Below are positions 43,351-54,491 of a stretch of 64,000 bases of DNA, in pieces. How positions within the stretch are numbered: the stretch's first letter is position 1; each line of letters begins with the position of its first letter. Origin of the DNA: an uncultured Gemmataceae bacterium (GTDB lineage Bacteria; Planctomycetota; Planctomycetia; Gemmatales; Gemmataceae); NCBI GenBank assembly GCA_963750165.1, contig CAVVPN010000012.1:736001-800000 (forward strand). The letters are read 5' to 3'. Under the pieces are notes generated by a model. That model was given only the letters and a program-made list of their open reading frames with translations, made no database searches and was not told the origin of the DNA. A program made the position numbers and the translations under genes.

Positions 43351-44793
43351 TCAGGCACGCCGACGGCCACCGACAGCCGCAGCCGAAAGCACGCCCCGCC
43401 GTCGGGATGGTTGCCGGCCGTCAAACTGCCGCCGTGCGTCTCCGCGATGCGCTGCGACGTGACCAGGCCCAATCCCAGCCCCGTTTCCTTGCTGCTGACG
43501 AACGGCTGGAACAACCGCGGCAACAGGTCGTCACTGATGCCCGGCCCGGTGTCGCGCACCCCGACCTCCACCTGGCCGTCCGCCGGCGGCCCCACCGCGA
43601 CCTCCAGGCGGCCGCCGCGCGGCATCACATCCAGGGCGTTCAGCACCAGGTTGACGAACAACTGCTGTAACTGCTCGGCGTCGGCGTTGACCAGGACCGA
43701 CTCCGCCAGCGGTGTGAACGCCACCGCCACCTGTTGCTTGCGGGCGCGACCGGCGACCAGCGCCAGCGTGCGCCGGATCGGCTCGGACAGGTCCGTCAGC
43801 CGATACGACGGCTGGGGCGGCCGGGCGAAGTCCAGGAACGTTTGCAGGCAGCGCTCCATGCGGCGGATTTCCAGCTCGATGATGTTCAGGTCCTCCGGCG
43901 ACAGGCCCTGCGCGGCCAGCTCCTCGCGCGTGGTCTGCACCAGCATCTTGATCGACGTGAGCGGATTGCGCAGCTCGTGGGCGACGCCGGCGGCCAGCTG
44001 ACCGACCGCCGCCAGTTGCTCGGCGCAGCACCTCGCGTTCCCGCTGTTGCAGCTTGCGCACCACCTGCTCGATCTCGCGGACGACGCCCTGCATCTGCTC
44101 GTGGACCTGGTGCAGGTCGGTGGTCTCGGCCAGGGCGACCGCGGGCAGATCCTGGCCGAGCTTGTTGGCGGCGTCCTGGACGCGCACGCTCAGGTGGTAG
44201 ATGGAGTGGCGCAGGCCGCGCGCGACGCCATAGCCCAGCAGCAGCCCCGCCAGCGACGCCACCGTGCCCACCGCCATCAGGCCGAGGACCATCCAGCGCA
44301 CCGTCGTCCGGTGAGTGCTCTCCGAGGCGCTCACCTCTGCCGCGTTGAACTCTTGCAGCTGGGCGCACAACGGCAGAGTTTTGTGCTCCAGAATGTCCAG
44401 GGCCGGGCGCAGGTCCTTGGCCGTGGTGCCATTCTCGCCGCGCTGTCGCCAGCGCTCGAAGTAGTGATCGAGGCTGATCCGCAGCCGATCCACGATGGCC
44501 TTCTCCCTGTCCTTGTCCGCCAGCTGGCTGACGCGCTTCAGGTGCGCGCGGATGCGCTGATGGAGCGAGGCCACCTGATCGTTGTTGTCGCTCAGCAGGA
44601 CCACCAGGTCGCGCAGGGTGGTTTCCAGGTCGTGGGCCTCCTGGGCGCTGCTGACGTTCTCGCCGAGCACCTCGGCGGAGGAGAGTTGCTGGAAATACAG
44701 GTACAGGGCCGCCGCCGCGCACAGGGCCAGCAGCACCAGGCTGACCAGGATGGTCGGCGCGGCGATCCGAAGGGACAGGCTGCGATTCCACAT
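43311..44793 (-). CDS. Membrane sensor histidine kinase, NtrB-like (frameshift near 44025)
   Basis: Two TM helices around a helical sensor region; QLAAGVAHELRNPL H-box; NLVLNALD, DTGPG, FQPF, GLGLGL. Confidence 0.9.
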
Positions 44794-45019
44794 GGCGGCG
44801 CGCCTCGCGGCACAGAGGGGTTTTCCAGGACCGAAGATTATTATACCGCGCTGAACCTGCCGTGCCCGAGTGAGCGGCGAACGACCAGGGTGAACGGTTT
44901 TTTGCCAGGGTCAACGAGCGCGGAAGGCGGTTAATCTCGACGTGCAAAAGGATTGTTCTCCGTGTTCCCCTCGGTTGAAAAGCCGCTGCCGTCCGTTGCC
45001 CGCGCAGCCCCGCGGCATT

Positions 45020-45034
45020 TGGCACTGAATCTGC
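45020..45034 (+). promoter_or_regulatory. Candidate sigma54 -24/-12 promoter
   Basis: TGGCAC-TGAAT-CTGC about 43 bp upstream of ORF 45077. Confidence 0.5.
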
Positions 45035-45076
45035 TACTGCTACTTCCTGAACCCTGAATCGAACCTGAGCACCGCT

Positions 45077-45331
45077 GTGATGAATACCCTCTTGCCGGAA
45101 AATCTGTTGACCGAAGTTACCGGAGTGATCCAGGAGATCGACCCGACGCGGCGTGAACTGACGCTGCTGGTCAACGGCCGACCCGAGCACTTCGACCTGG
45201 CGGCGGAGTGCGTGCTGGTGCTCCGCCGTGAGTGCGTCAAGCTGCGGCTGTTGCAGCCGTTGGACTGCGCCCGGGTCTATTACGTCCAGACGCCGCAGGG
45301 GCGCGTCGCCCGCACCGTGCAGGTAGAGTGA
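45077..45331 (+). CDS. Small hypothetical protein, probable OB-fold
   Basis: GVIQEID...LTL...L..LQP.D.ARVYY...VARTVQV beta-strand pattern. Confidence 0.6.
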   Translation: MMNTLLPENLLTEVTGVIQEIDPTRRELTLLVNGRPEHFDLAAECVLVLRRECVKLRLLQPLDCARVYYVQTPQGRVARTVQVE

Positions 45332-45612
45332 CTTTTCCGTCTCCACCGCTTCGCCCCGGCTCTAAACAGGCTGCACGAAGTCCAGGGTGAGGCCATCTGG
45401 GCCGTTTTCCCCGGGCGCACCTTGCCGCATTTCGCTCGTCAGGTTTGCCGCTGTCCATAGGATCTTTGAACAGGAATCAGGAAAGCGGATCCAGACGGAA
45501 GAATATCGTGTTTTTACGAAATTGCCGCTCGTTTATCGACTCGATCCTCAAGAAGTAGGCTCCTCTTTTGATGGAAAGATGGGTCATCTGGTTTGAACCA
45601 GGGAGCAGCTTC

Positions 45613-46634
45613 ATGCTCGAACTGACCCCCGAAAACGTGATTGCGTTTCTGCAGCGGCGCGGCTGGCTCAGCGGCGGCCTCGCGGAGGTGTGGCCGCTGG
45701 GCGGCGGCGTCTCCAACGCCGTGCTGGCCGTGCGCGCTGACGGCCAGACCGTCGTCGTCAAGCAGTCGCGGCCGCAGTTACGGACGCGCGACGCCTGGTT
45801 CAGCGACCTGGAGCGCGTCTACCGCGAGCAGGAGGTGATGGAACTGCTGCACCCGCTGCTGCCGCCGCTGAGCGTGCCGGCAGTGCTGCACGCCGACCGC
45901 GACAACTTCGTGTTCGTGATGAGCCACGCCCCGGACGGCGCCCGCGTCTGGAAAGAGGATTTGTTGGCGGGACAGACCAACCCGACGGTCGCGGAACAGG
46001 CGGGCCGATTGCTGGGCCGGATGCACGAGGCCACCGCGGAGCGTGCCGCGGAACTGGGGCGGTTGCGCGACCATGAGGTGTTCGTGCAGTTGCGTGTCGA
46101 GCCGTTCTACCGCCGCGTCCAGGAGCGCCGCCCCGAGGTTGCGGCCCCGGTCGGTGCGCTCATCGAAAAGATGTTGACCTTCAAGTTGGCGCTCTGCCAC
46201 GGCGATTTCACGCCGAAGAATCTGCTGGTCCACGACGCCGGGTTGATGCTGGTTGATTACGAGACAGCCCACCTGGGCGACCCAACGTTCGACCTGGGGC
46301 TGTTCCTGGCGCACCTGCTGCTCAAGGCGTCGCGACTGCCGGAGCGCGGCGGCGAGTACCTGGACCTGGCGATTCACTTCCTGGACGCTTACGCGGGCGA
46401 ACGGACTTTCCTGCGTCAAGAAGATTGGCAGGCGCGCGGCAGCGCCCACCTGGCGCTTGCCTATCGGCGCGGATCGACGGCACCAGCCCGGTGGATTATT
46501 TGCCGCAGGAACGTCGCCGCGACATGGTGCGTTCGTTCGGCCGAATGCTGCTGGACCGGCCGATCAGTTGGCCCGATGCGCTGAGCCGCTTTGAAGAGAT
46601 GCTTCAAGGGGAGGAAGGTCATGTCACCGGCTGA
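45613..46634 (+). CDS. APH / 5-methylthioribose kinase-like phosphotransferase (frameshift near 46458)
   Basis: [33 protein letters not shown]; tail [12 protein letters not shown] in a second frame. Confidence 0.8.
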
Positions 46635-47907
46635 CGCCATCAACCGCATCCACGCCCGGGAGGTGCTCGACAGCCGCGGCCAACCGACCGTGGAGGTCGA
46701 GGTGCGTTGTCTCGGTGCCCTCGGCCGCGCCATCGTGCCGTCGGGCGCCAGCACCGGCCGGCACGAGGCGGTGGAGTTGCGCGACGGCGACCCGCGGCGC
46801 TACGGCGGCAAGGGCGTGCGCTGCGCCGTCGAAATCGTCAACGACGCGCTGGGGCCGGCGCTGGAGGGGACGCCGGCGACAGAGCAGGAGCGTATCGACC
46901 GCCTGTTATGCGAGATCGACGGCACGCCGAACAAGTCGCGCCTTGGCGCGAACGCCATTCTGGGCGTGTCGCTGGCGTGCGCCCATGCCGCCGCGGCCGC
47001 TCGGAAAATGCCGCTGTGGCGATTCCTGGACGCCGGTCGCGATCAGGCCCGGCTGCCGCTGCCGATGGTCAACCTCATCAGCGGTGGTCTGCACGCGGGC
47101 GGCAACCTCGACATTCAGGACGTGCTCTTGCTACCGATCGCCGCCCGCAGCTACTCCGAGGCGCTGGAAACGACCGTCGCGGTCTACCGGGCGCTGGCGG
47201 AGGTGCTGCGGCAGCGCGGTTACGAATCCGTGCTGGTCGGCGACGAGGGCGGTTTCGGGCCGCGGTTGCCGAACAACCACACGGCCATCGAACTGGCGGT
47301 CGAGGCGTGCCAGCGTGCCGGCCTCAACCCCGGTTACAACGCCGCGCTGGCCGTGGACGTGGCCAGTTCGCACTTCTACCGCGACAGCCGCTACCACCTG
47401 CGCGACCAGCCGGCGCCGCTGACGGCCGCGGAATTCTGCGGCGTGCTGGAGCGCTGGGTGAACGATTACCCGATCCTGAGCATTGAGGACGGCATGGCGG
47501 AGGACGACTGGGACGGCTGGAAGTTGTTGACGCAGGCGCTTGGCCGGCGGGTGCAGTTGATCGGCGACGACCTGTTCGTGACGAACCCGGAGCGGCTGCG
47601 GCGCGGCATCGAAGCAGGCGTGGCCAACGGCGTGCTGGTGAAGCTGAACCAGATCGGCACACTGACGGAAACGCTGGCGGTGATTGAACAGGCCCGCGCC
47701 GCTGGCTATCGGCCGGTGATCTCCGCCCGCAGCGGCGAAACCGAGGACACGACCATTGCGGACCTGGCGGTCGGCACTGGCGCGGGCCAGATCAAGATCG
47801 GTTCTGTGGCCCGCAGCGAACGGCTGGCGAAGTACAACCAGCTGCTGCGTATTGAGGAGGAACTCGGGGCGGAGCGCTTCGCGAACTGGCAGCCGCTACC
47901 GGGTTGA
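46621..47907 (+). CDS. eno: Enolase, variant active site
   Basis: [71 protein letters not shown]. Confidence 0.9.
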   Translation: MSPADAINRIHAREVLDSRGQPTVEVEVRCLGALGRAIVPSGASTGRHEAVELRDGDPRRYGGKGVRCAVEIVNDALGPALEGTPATEQERIDRLLCEIDGTPNKSRLGANAILGVSLACAHAAAAARKMPLWRFLDAGRDQARLPLPMVNLISGGLHAGGNLDIQDVLLLPIAARSYSEALETTVAVYRALAEVLRQRGYESVLVGDEGGFGPRLPNNHTAIELAVEACQRAGLNPGYNAALAVDVASSHFYRDSRYHLRDQPAPLTAAEFCGVLERWVNDYPILSIEDGMAEDDWDGWKLLTQALGRRVQLIGDDLFVTNPERLRRGIEAGVANGVLVKLNQIGTLTETLAVIEQARAAGYRPVISARSGETEDTTIADLAVGTGAGQIKIGSVARSERLAKYNQLLRIEEELGAERFANWQPLPG

Positions 47908-49132
47908 CAGCGGCGGTTGCCGCAGCACTTCTTCCGCGAGCCGCACCACCTCGTCCACCAGCGGCATTTGCCGAAAGCGATACACGGCCGCTGACAGCCC
48001 CTCCAGCGCCTCCTCGACCTTGAGTTGCTCCGACACCGCCAGCAGGTACGGCACCCGGGCGTGCTCGCGCAGCCGTTGCAGATGTTTTTCGACGCTGGCC
48101 CGCCGCCAGAACCCCAGCACGTCCAGGTAGACGACACGCTTGCTGGCCCGATGTACCAGCCGATAGTCCGGCACCCAGAAGCCGCTGCCCAGCGGTAAGA
48201 GATCGCTTTCCTCGCTGATGTCCCAGTCGGCGGCACGCTTGCGGAACAGCTCGACGAACATGGTTAACTCGGGCGGCACATACATGCCGGTGTCGGCGAA
48301 GTGCGACACCAAACCGTCGCGCGGCGACAGCAGGAACTGCTTCGGCTTACGCTGCGGCCCCCAGCGCAGGTCCGCTTTCAGGTCGAAATCCTTGCACTGG
48401 AGGAGCGCCGGCAGAAACAGGGCGAGTTGCAGGCCGTACTTTTGCGTGGCACTGAAAAGGCTGAGCGGGCCGTCGAGGCGCAGGCAAAAGGCATCACCGG
48501 CGTGCGGTTCCACCTCGCAGACGAGGCGGTGGAACTTCACCAGGCGCAGCGAGCTGGCGGTAGCGCTGCGGCGGCTCATGGCGGATGACGACCTCCACGC
48601 CCGTGGAGCGCAGCAGCACCGCCTGCGCCAGCGCCACGTTGTAGCGCTCCAGCAGCCGCTCGGCGGTGATGTCCTTGAATTTCACCAGGCGCTGCTCGCT
48701 GCGCAGGTCCGCGAACAGGCCCTGCTCGATCTCTTCGACACTGACACCCAGTTGGCCAGAGACCTCCGCGAGCACAGCGGCGCGGTCGAAGTGTTTTCGC
48801 AGCGCACCGTCGGCCGGCGCCTGGCGGTGGCTGGTCGCGGCGCGGAAGACGGCCTCGCGCAGCTGGTCGGGCGGATGGCCGCTCTGCACCTCGAACTCGC
48901 AACGGTCCTCCAGCAACTTCGCCAGTCCCTGGTGGACCAGTTGCGTGGTGGTTTCGCCGAAGGCGTCGTCGAGTTCGGTTTCGAGTTCGCCGCGCGTCCG
49001 CCCCGGCAGGCCGCGGAAGACCTCCAGCAGGCGCTCGGCCATTTCCCGCCAACCTACCTCGGAGGTGTCGAGGTAGATGGGGAGGACGCGGTCGCGGCTG
49101 AAGCGGACGCGGACGTGTTTGCCGGTGAGCAT
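47896..49132 (-). CDS. DUF790 / Bax1-like endonuclease (frameshift near 48550)
   Basis: [48 protein letters not shown]. Confidence 0.85.
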
Positions 49133-49343
49133 GGAGCTGAATACCTCTGTTTCTGTTGATGGAGTACCACCTCGCGCTTGCTCGAGCTTTTGACTCCAGA
49201 ACGTCCACAAACCGCCGCGGTTCGAGCGATCAGGCGGTGAAGCCAGATCGGGCGCGATGCACTTTGAGGAATTCAGGGGCAAGACGAGACGCGGTGGGTG
49301 ACTGAAACTGAATCATTTGATCAAGAATTAGCGCGCATCGCGA

Positions 49344-49415
49344 CTGGGTGTAGCGGAAGTCGCCAGACTTCCGAGCAACACCGGACGGAAGTCTGGCGAC
49401 TTCCGCTACACCCAG
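49344..49415. repeat. REP doublet family B, copy 1
   Basis: GGGTGTAGCGGAAGTCGCCAGACTTCCG and its reverse complement; recurs at 55670. Confidence 0.9.
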
Positions 49416-49485
49416 CCGCAAACTGCTCTAGTTGAGCCGGCAGCAGATCGAGCCCCATCGCTCCTCTCCTTGTGAAGGATGTCCA

Positions 49486-50571
49486 CTACCCGTTCTTCCG
49501 CGCGAACTCCCGCATAAACCCCGCCAACGCCTGGCACGCCTCGGGGCTGACCGCGTTGTAGATCGACGCCCGCAGCCCGCCCACCGACCGATGCCCCGGC
49601 AGGCCGACCATGCCCGCCGCCTGCGCCTCCGCCGCGAACTGCTTCTCCAGCGCCTCGCTCGGCAGCCGGAACGTCACGTTCATCTGTGACCGCGAACCCG
49701 ACTCCGCGTGGCCACGGTAAAAGCCGCCGCTCTGGTCAATCGCGTCATACAGAATCTGCGCCTTGCGGGCGTTGCGCTGCCCCAGCGCCGCCAACCCGCC
49801 GAGCTGCTCGATCCATTGCAGCACCAGGTTCAACATGTAAGTGCCAAACGTTGGTGGCGTGTTATACAGCGAATTGTTTTTCACATGCGTGGCGTAACGC
49901 AGCATCGTCGGCACCTGCTGGTTCGCCTGCGCCAGCCACGCCTCGCGCAGCAGCACCACCGTCACACCCGCCGGGCCGAGGTTCTTCTGCGCCCCCGCAT
50001 AGATCAGCGTGAACTTGCCGGCGTCGAAGGGGCGCGACAGGATGTCGCTGCTCATGTCGGCCACCAGCGGGCGACCGCCCACATCGGGGAAGGCGGACCA
50101 TTGAATCCCCTGGATCGTCTCGTTCGAGGTCAGGTGGACATAGGCCGGATTCGCGCTCAGGTGGATCTCGTCGGACCGCGGCACGCGCCGATAGCTGCCG
50201 TCCTTCGCGCTCGCGGCGACGCGCGCGTGGCCCAGCGCCGCGGCCTCCTCCTGGGCCTTCTCCGCCCACGCTCCCGTCACCAGGTAATCCGCCGTCGCGC
50301 CGGGCGTCAGGAAATTCATGGGCAGCATCGCGAACTGTGTCGAGGCGCCGCCCTGCACGAACAGCACGCGATAGCCGTCGCCCACGCCCAGCAGCCGCTT
50401 GAACGTCGCCTCCGCCTGGACGTTGATCGCCTCGAATTCCTTTGAGCGGTGGCTCATCTCCATGATCGACAGGCCGCGCCCCTGGTAGTCGCGCAGCTCG
50501 GCCTGCACCTGCTCCAGCACCGCCGGCGGCAGCATGCTCGGCCCGGCGTTGAAGTTGTAAACCGTGCTCAT
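49486..50571 (-). CDS. serC: Phosphoserine aminotransferase
   Basis: NFNAGPS, MEMSHRS, QGGAS.QF, NETI.G, ADMSSD, YAGAQKNLGPAG, YNTPP, GHRSVGG.RAS.YNA. Confidence 0.97.
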   Translation of the reverse strand: MSTVYNFNAGPSMLPPAVLEQVQAELRDYQGRGLSIMEMSHRSKEFEAINVQAEATFKRLLGVGDGYRVLFVQGGASTQFAMLPMNFLTPGATADYLVTGAWAEKAQEEAAALGHARVAASAKDGSYRRVPRSDEIHLSANPAYVHLTSNETIQGIQWSAFPDVGGRPLVADMSSDILSRPFDAGKFTLIYAGAQKNLGPAGVTVVLLREAWLAQANQQVPTMLRYATHVKNNSLYNTPPTFGTYMLNLVLQWIEQLGGLAALGQRNARKAQILYDAIDQSGGFYRGHAESGSRSQMNVTFRLPSEALEKQFAAEAQAAGMVGLPGHRSVGGLRASIYNAVSPEACQALAGFMREFARKNG

Positions 50572-50600
50572 GGGGTGATTCCTCACAGAAGACAAAGCGG

Positions 50601-51977
50601 TCAGCGATAAGCGTGGTGCTGCCGGCGGCGGTCGCTGGTGAACTCCTCTGCGGTGCCGCGCGTGATCACTTCGTACAGCAGCGCCTGCTTGTCGCCGTGC
50701 TTGCGCAGCAGCCGGCCCAACCGCTGTACATGCTCGCGGACGCTGCCGGTGCCCGACAGGATCACGCCGACATTCGCCGCCGGCACGTCCACGCCCTCGT
50801 TCAGCACCTGGCTCGTCACCACAATCGGATACTCGCCGCTGTGGAAACGCTGCAAGATCTTCTGCCGCTCCTTCGTCTTCGTCTGGTGCGTGATCGCGGG
50901 CACCAGGAAGCGGCGCGCGATGTTGTACACCGTGGCATTATCATAGGTGAATATGAGCACACGATCCTGGGTGTGCCGGGCCAGCAGCTGTTCCAGCAAC
51001 TGCAACTTCGCCGGCGCCGCCAGCGAGATGCGCTTCTGCTCCCGGTACGCCTGGAAGGCGGCGCGGCCCTCCGGCGAACGACACGTCGCCTGAATGAAGC
51101 GCTGCCAGCCCTGCGGACCGCCGAAGACAATGCCGTTTTCCTCCACGAAACGCCGGTACACGTCGCGCGTTTCACGGTAGCGCTGCGCCTCCGCCTCCGA
51201 TAGCTCGACGTAGACGCGCTGCGTCTGGTACTCCGCCAGGAAGTCGCCGGCCAGTTCCTTGATCTCACGGCGGAAGACGAGCGGGCCGATCAGCTCCGGC
51301 AGCAGTACCTCCTGACCGTCGGCACGCTCCGGCGTCGCGGTCAGGCCGAGGCGGAACGGCGCCAGGCTGGCCACCGCCGCGGCCGTGTAGCTCGGGCCCG
51401 GCAGGTGATGGCACTCGTCAAAGATCAGCAGACCATACTTGTTGCCCCAGCGCTCGACATGGAGGTACGCCGAGTCGTAGGTCGTCACCGTCAGCGGTTG
51501 CAGGTCGTAGTAGCCGCCGCCGAGCAAGCCAATCGGCTCGCCGAACGCCAGCAGCAACTCGCCGTACCACTGATTCAGCAGGTCGATGGTCGGCGTCACC
51601 ACGATGGCCGGGCGGGCGGTGCGGTTGATGGCCAGGATGGCCAGGTGCGTCTTGCCGGTGCCGGTCGGCAGCACCACGACGCCACGGCTGCCAGCCTGGC
51701 ACCACGCTGCCAGCGCCTCGGTCTGGTGCGGGAACGGGTCGCGGCTGGTGCGCAGCGGCCACGGCGTCGGCTGGAAGGCGCGGGCTTCGTCCTGGTACGG
51801 TAGGTGACGGGCGCGGACGTGCTCCACGAGCGCGCGGTAATAACGGGCCTCGGCCAGGAAGGTGTTCTGGCGCTGGTCGAACCGGCAGCCCGGCAAGGTG
51901 GACAGCACCTCCGCCGGTGCGCCCGTCACCAGCAGCGTGCCGCGGTCGAAGCTCAGGTGGATCGTCGGTGTGGCCAT
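50601..51977 (-). CDS. SF2 helicase, XPB/Ssl2-like
   Basis: LPTGTGKT, FDECHH, LGLTATPER, VLNEGVDVP, QRLGR. Confidence 0.92.
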   Translation of the reverse strand: MATPTIHLSFDRGTLLVTGAPAEVLSTLPGCRFDQRQNTFLAEARYYRALVEHVRARHLPYQDEARAFQPTPWPLRTSRDPFPHQTEALAAWCQAGSRGVVVLPTGTGKTHLAILAINRTARPAIVVTPTIDLLNQWYGELLLAFGEPIGLLGGGYYDLQPLTVTTYDSAYLHVERWGNKYGLLIFDECHHLPGPSYTAAAVASLAPFRLGLTATPERADGQEVLLPELIGPLVFRREIKELAGDFLAEYQTQRVYVELSEAEAQRYRETRDVYRRFVEENGIVFGGPQGWQRFIQATCRSPEGRAAFQAYREQKRISLAAPAKLQLLEQLLARHTQDRVLIFTYDNATVYNIARRFLVPAITHQTKTKERQKILQRFHSGEYPIVVTSQVLNEGVDVPAANVGVILSGTGSVREHVQRLGRLLRKHGDKQALLYEVITRGTAEEFTSDRRRQHHAYR

Positions 51978-51986
51978 GTCAGCCGA

Positions 51987-53042
51987 TCAGGAGGCGGTCC
52001 CCGCGTCCGAGGGGCACTGGCACCCCGACCGCGGGCCGGCGGGTTCGAGGGCGGCGTCCGGGGAGACGCCGCGGTAAATCCGTTGGATGCGCTCGCGGTT
52101 CAGGCCGAGCACGCGGTCGAAGCGGCCCAGCTTCATCCCGACGAGCGACGGATCCAGGCTGGCCAGGTTCTCCACCAGCTCCACGTCCAGGCGAATCTCC
52201 GCGTCGAGTTCCTTGCGCATCAGCCACGGGAACAGCGGCAGGCCGCCCCACGGGACCGGCCAGTGCGACTGGGCGAAGGCGAAGGTCCACGCCGCCGTCT
52301 CGTCCGCGGTCAGCGGCGTGAACAGCACCACCACCCGCCAGCGCACCAGAGCCTCGCGCCCGGTCTTCGGGTTGTCCCACCAGTGGTCGATCACCAGATA
52401 GACGGGGCTGAAGTAAGTCGTCCAGCACGAATTGAACCAATGTCCGCCCCAGACACCGAACAGCAACCCCATGAACAGGGGGAGCCGCTTGCGCGGCCCA
52501 CGGTTGCGGACACTTACCATCGTGTCCGTGGTTTCCACTTCCACAGCCACTTCCGCCATGCGCGCCGGGTTGAAGCCGAACGCCCGGTGGACGGTGGCGG
52601 TATGCTCAATCTCGCTGAAGTTGTCCAGGGCCAACTCCAGGGGCGCCCGCATGTGGTGCTCCAGCGTACACATGTGACGAAAGCCCGGGAAGGTGAAGTC
52701 CGGGAACGCGGCGGCCCCCGGTGCCTTGACCCAGACGGCGCCGTGGGCCTCGCGGACTTCATAGCACGTGGTCTGGGCGTGCAGTTTCGGGGTCCCGGGG
52801 CTCTCGCCGTGGCCGCAGGCGTCAAAGGTCCAGCCGTGATACGGGCACTGTAACCGGCCGTGCTCGACGCGCCCCTTGCTCAACCGCATGCGCCGGTGGG
52901 GGCACTCGTCCTCCAGCGCGCCCACCTGGCCGTCTGCGCCACGGAACAACGCGAGGTGCCGGCCCGCCAGGCGGACGCCCACCGGGGCCCGCTTCAACCG
53001 CTCGCTGCGCAGTACCGGGTGCCAGTGATTCAGAACCGCCAT
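51987..53042 (-). CDS. Rieske non-heme iron oxygenase (VanA/NdmA-like alpha subunit), copy 1
   Basis: CPHR..CPYHGW; DNFSEIEHTATVH. Confidence 0.9.
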   Translation of the reverse strand: MAVLNHWHPVLRSERLKRAPVGVRLAGRHLALFRGADGQVGALEDECPHRRMRLSKGRVEHGRLQCPYHGWTFDACGHGESPGTPKLHAQTTCYEVREAHGAVWVKAPGAAAFPDFTFPGFRHMCTLEHHMRAPLELALDNFSEIEHTATVHRAFGFNPARMAEVAVEVETTDTMVSVRNRGPRKRLPLFMGLLFGVWGGHWFNSCWTTYFSPVYLVIDHWWDNPKTGREALVRWRVVVLFTPLTADETAAWTFAFAQSHWPVPWGGLPLFPWLMRKELDAEIRLDVELVENLASLDPSLVGMKLGRFDRVLGLNRERIQRIYRGVSPDAALEPAGPRSGCQCPSDAGTAS

Positions 53043-53172
53043 CAGGTGCAACCTCGAAGGAGTCGTCCAGCGCTCCGCGGGCGCTCCCGGTTAACATACC
53101 TGGTCGTCGGCCGGGAACAATAGCGCGGGAGTGTCCTGGCCGCGGGTGCAGCGCCGGGACAGCCGGCGCCGT

Positions 53173-54183
53173 TCAGCCCCGCTCCCGGAGCACCGTCTGG
53201 CGGCCGTGGTAAATCCGCTGGATGCGCTCACGGTTCAGGCCGAGCACGCGATCGAAGCGGCTCAGTTTCATGCCGTCGATGCTTGGATCCTTGTCCGCCA
53301 GGTTGCCCAGGATATTCACGTCCAGGTTGATCTCATGATTCAGGTTCCGCCGCAGCAGCCAGCCGAACACGGGCACGGCGCCGTTGGGGCCGAGGGGATA
53401 GCGCGACTTCGTGAACGCGAACGTCGTGACCGCCGTCTCCCGGTCGTCAATCGGCGTGAAGAAGATGTACAGCTTCCAGCGCACCAGTCCCTCACGGCCC
53501 GTCTTCGGGTTCGTCCACCAGTGGTTGTAGATCGAGTACACCGGCGAAAAATAGGTCGTCCAGTCGTCGTTGAACTGCCAGTGCTTGCCGATGCCCAGCA
53601 GCAGTCGGAAGAACCAGTTCATCTTCTTCGGCGGCCCCTGGTTGATGACGCGCACCGTCGTGTCCGTCGGCTCGAACTGCACCTGCACCTCGTGCATCCG
53701 CTCCAGCTCGTAGCCGAAGACCGCGTGCGTCGTCGGCGTGTGCTCGATCTCACAAAAATTATCGACCACCAGTTCCAGCGGCGCCCGTGCCCGGTGCATC
53801 AGGTTGCAAACGTTGTACCAGCCGACCACGTCGAAGGGCGGGAACACCGGGTTGGAGTCGCGCGACTTGACCCAGACGAAGCCGTGCTGCTCCGTCGCCT
53901 CGAACGCGGTCGCTGTGGCGTACAATTTCGGCGTCGCCGGGCTCTCGCCTTCGCCGGCACAATCGAACTTCCAGCCGTGATAACGGCATTGCAGGCGGCC
54001 CTTGACCACCGTGCCCAGGCTCAGCCGCATCCGCCGGTGCGGGCACACGTCGGACAGCGCCCCAACCCCGCCGCCGTCGCTGCGGAACAACACGATGTCC
54101 GTGCCGGCCAGCCGGATGCCGACCGGCGCCCGCCGGAGTTGCTTGCTCGAGAGAACTGGGTGCCAGTGGTCCAGCGCAGCCAT
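53173..54183 (-). CDS. Rieske non-heme iron oxygenase, copy 2
   Basis: CPHR..CRYHGW; DNFCEIEHTPTTH; start inferred by alignment to copy 1. Confidence 0.9.
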   Translation of the reverse strand: MAALDHWHPVLSSKQLRRAPVGIRLAGTDIVLFRSDGGGVGALSDVCPHRRMRLSLGTVVKGRLQCRYHGWKFDCAGEGESPATPKLYATATAFEATEQHGFVWVKSRDSNPVFPPFDVVGWYNVCNLMHRARAPLELVVDNFCEIEHTPTTHAVFGYELERMHEVQVQFEPTDTTVRVINQGPPKKMNWFFRLLLGIGKHWQFNDDWTTYFSPVYSIYNHWWTNPKTGREGLVRWKLYIFFTPIDDRETAVTTFAFTKSRYPLGPNGAVPVFGWLLRRNLNHEINLDVNILGNLADKDPSIDGMKLSRFDRVLGLNRERIQRIYHGRQTVLRERG

Positions 54184-54491
54184 AACGCTCCACCTCGGGG
54201 ACCGGCCAGACGTCGTGCCGGCCGTTACCTTGTATAGGATACCCGCCACCTCAACAGGAACAATAGCGCACTGACCAATGGCGCACGGGGCCGGATCGGC
54301 AGTTCCGGTTGGCCAAACAGGTTCTCCCAGTTGCCCTATTTGCCCCACCTTCTCGGGAAATGCACATCCGATGCCGTGTGCCCCCCGGCCTGGAATGTGC
54401 GTTCTACTATCCCCGGGCGCCCTCGACACGCATTGGAGAACGAAGTCGGAATGCGTATTTTGAATGTGGGTAACGCTGTGGGGGCATCAGA

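Noticed and set aside
49140..49340. Lower-GC gap with short ORF 49230..49421
   Set aside because: The ORF starts inside a REP element and has no recognisable motif
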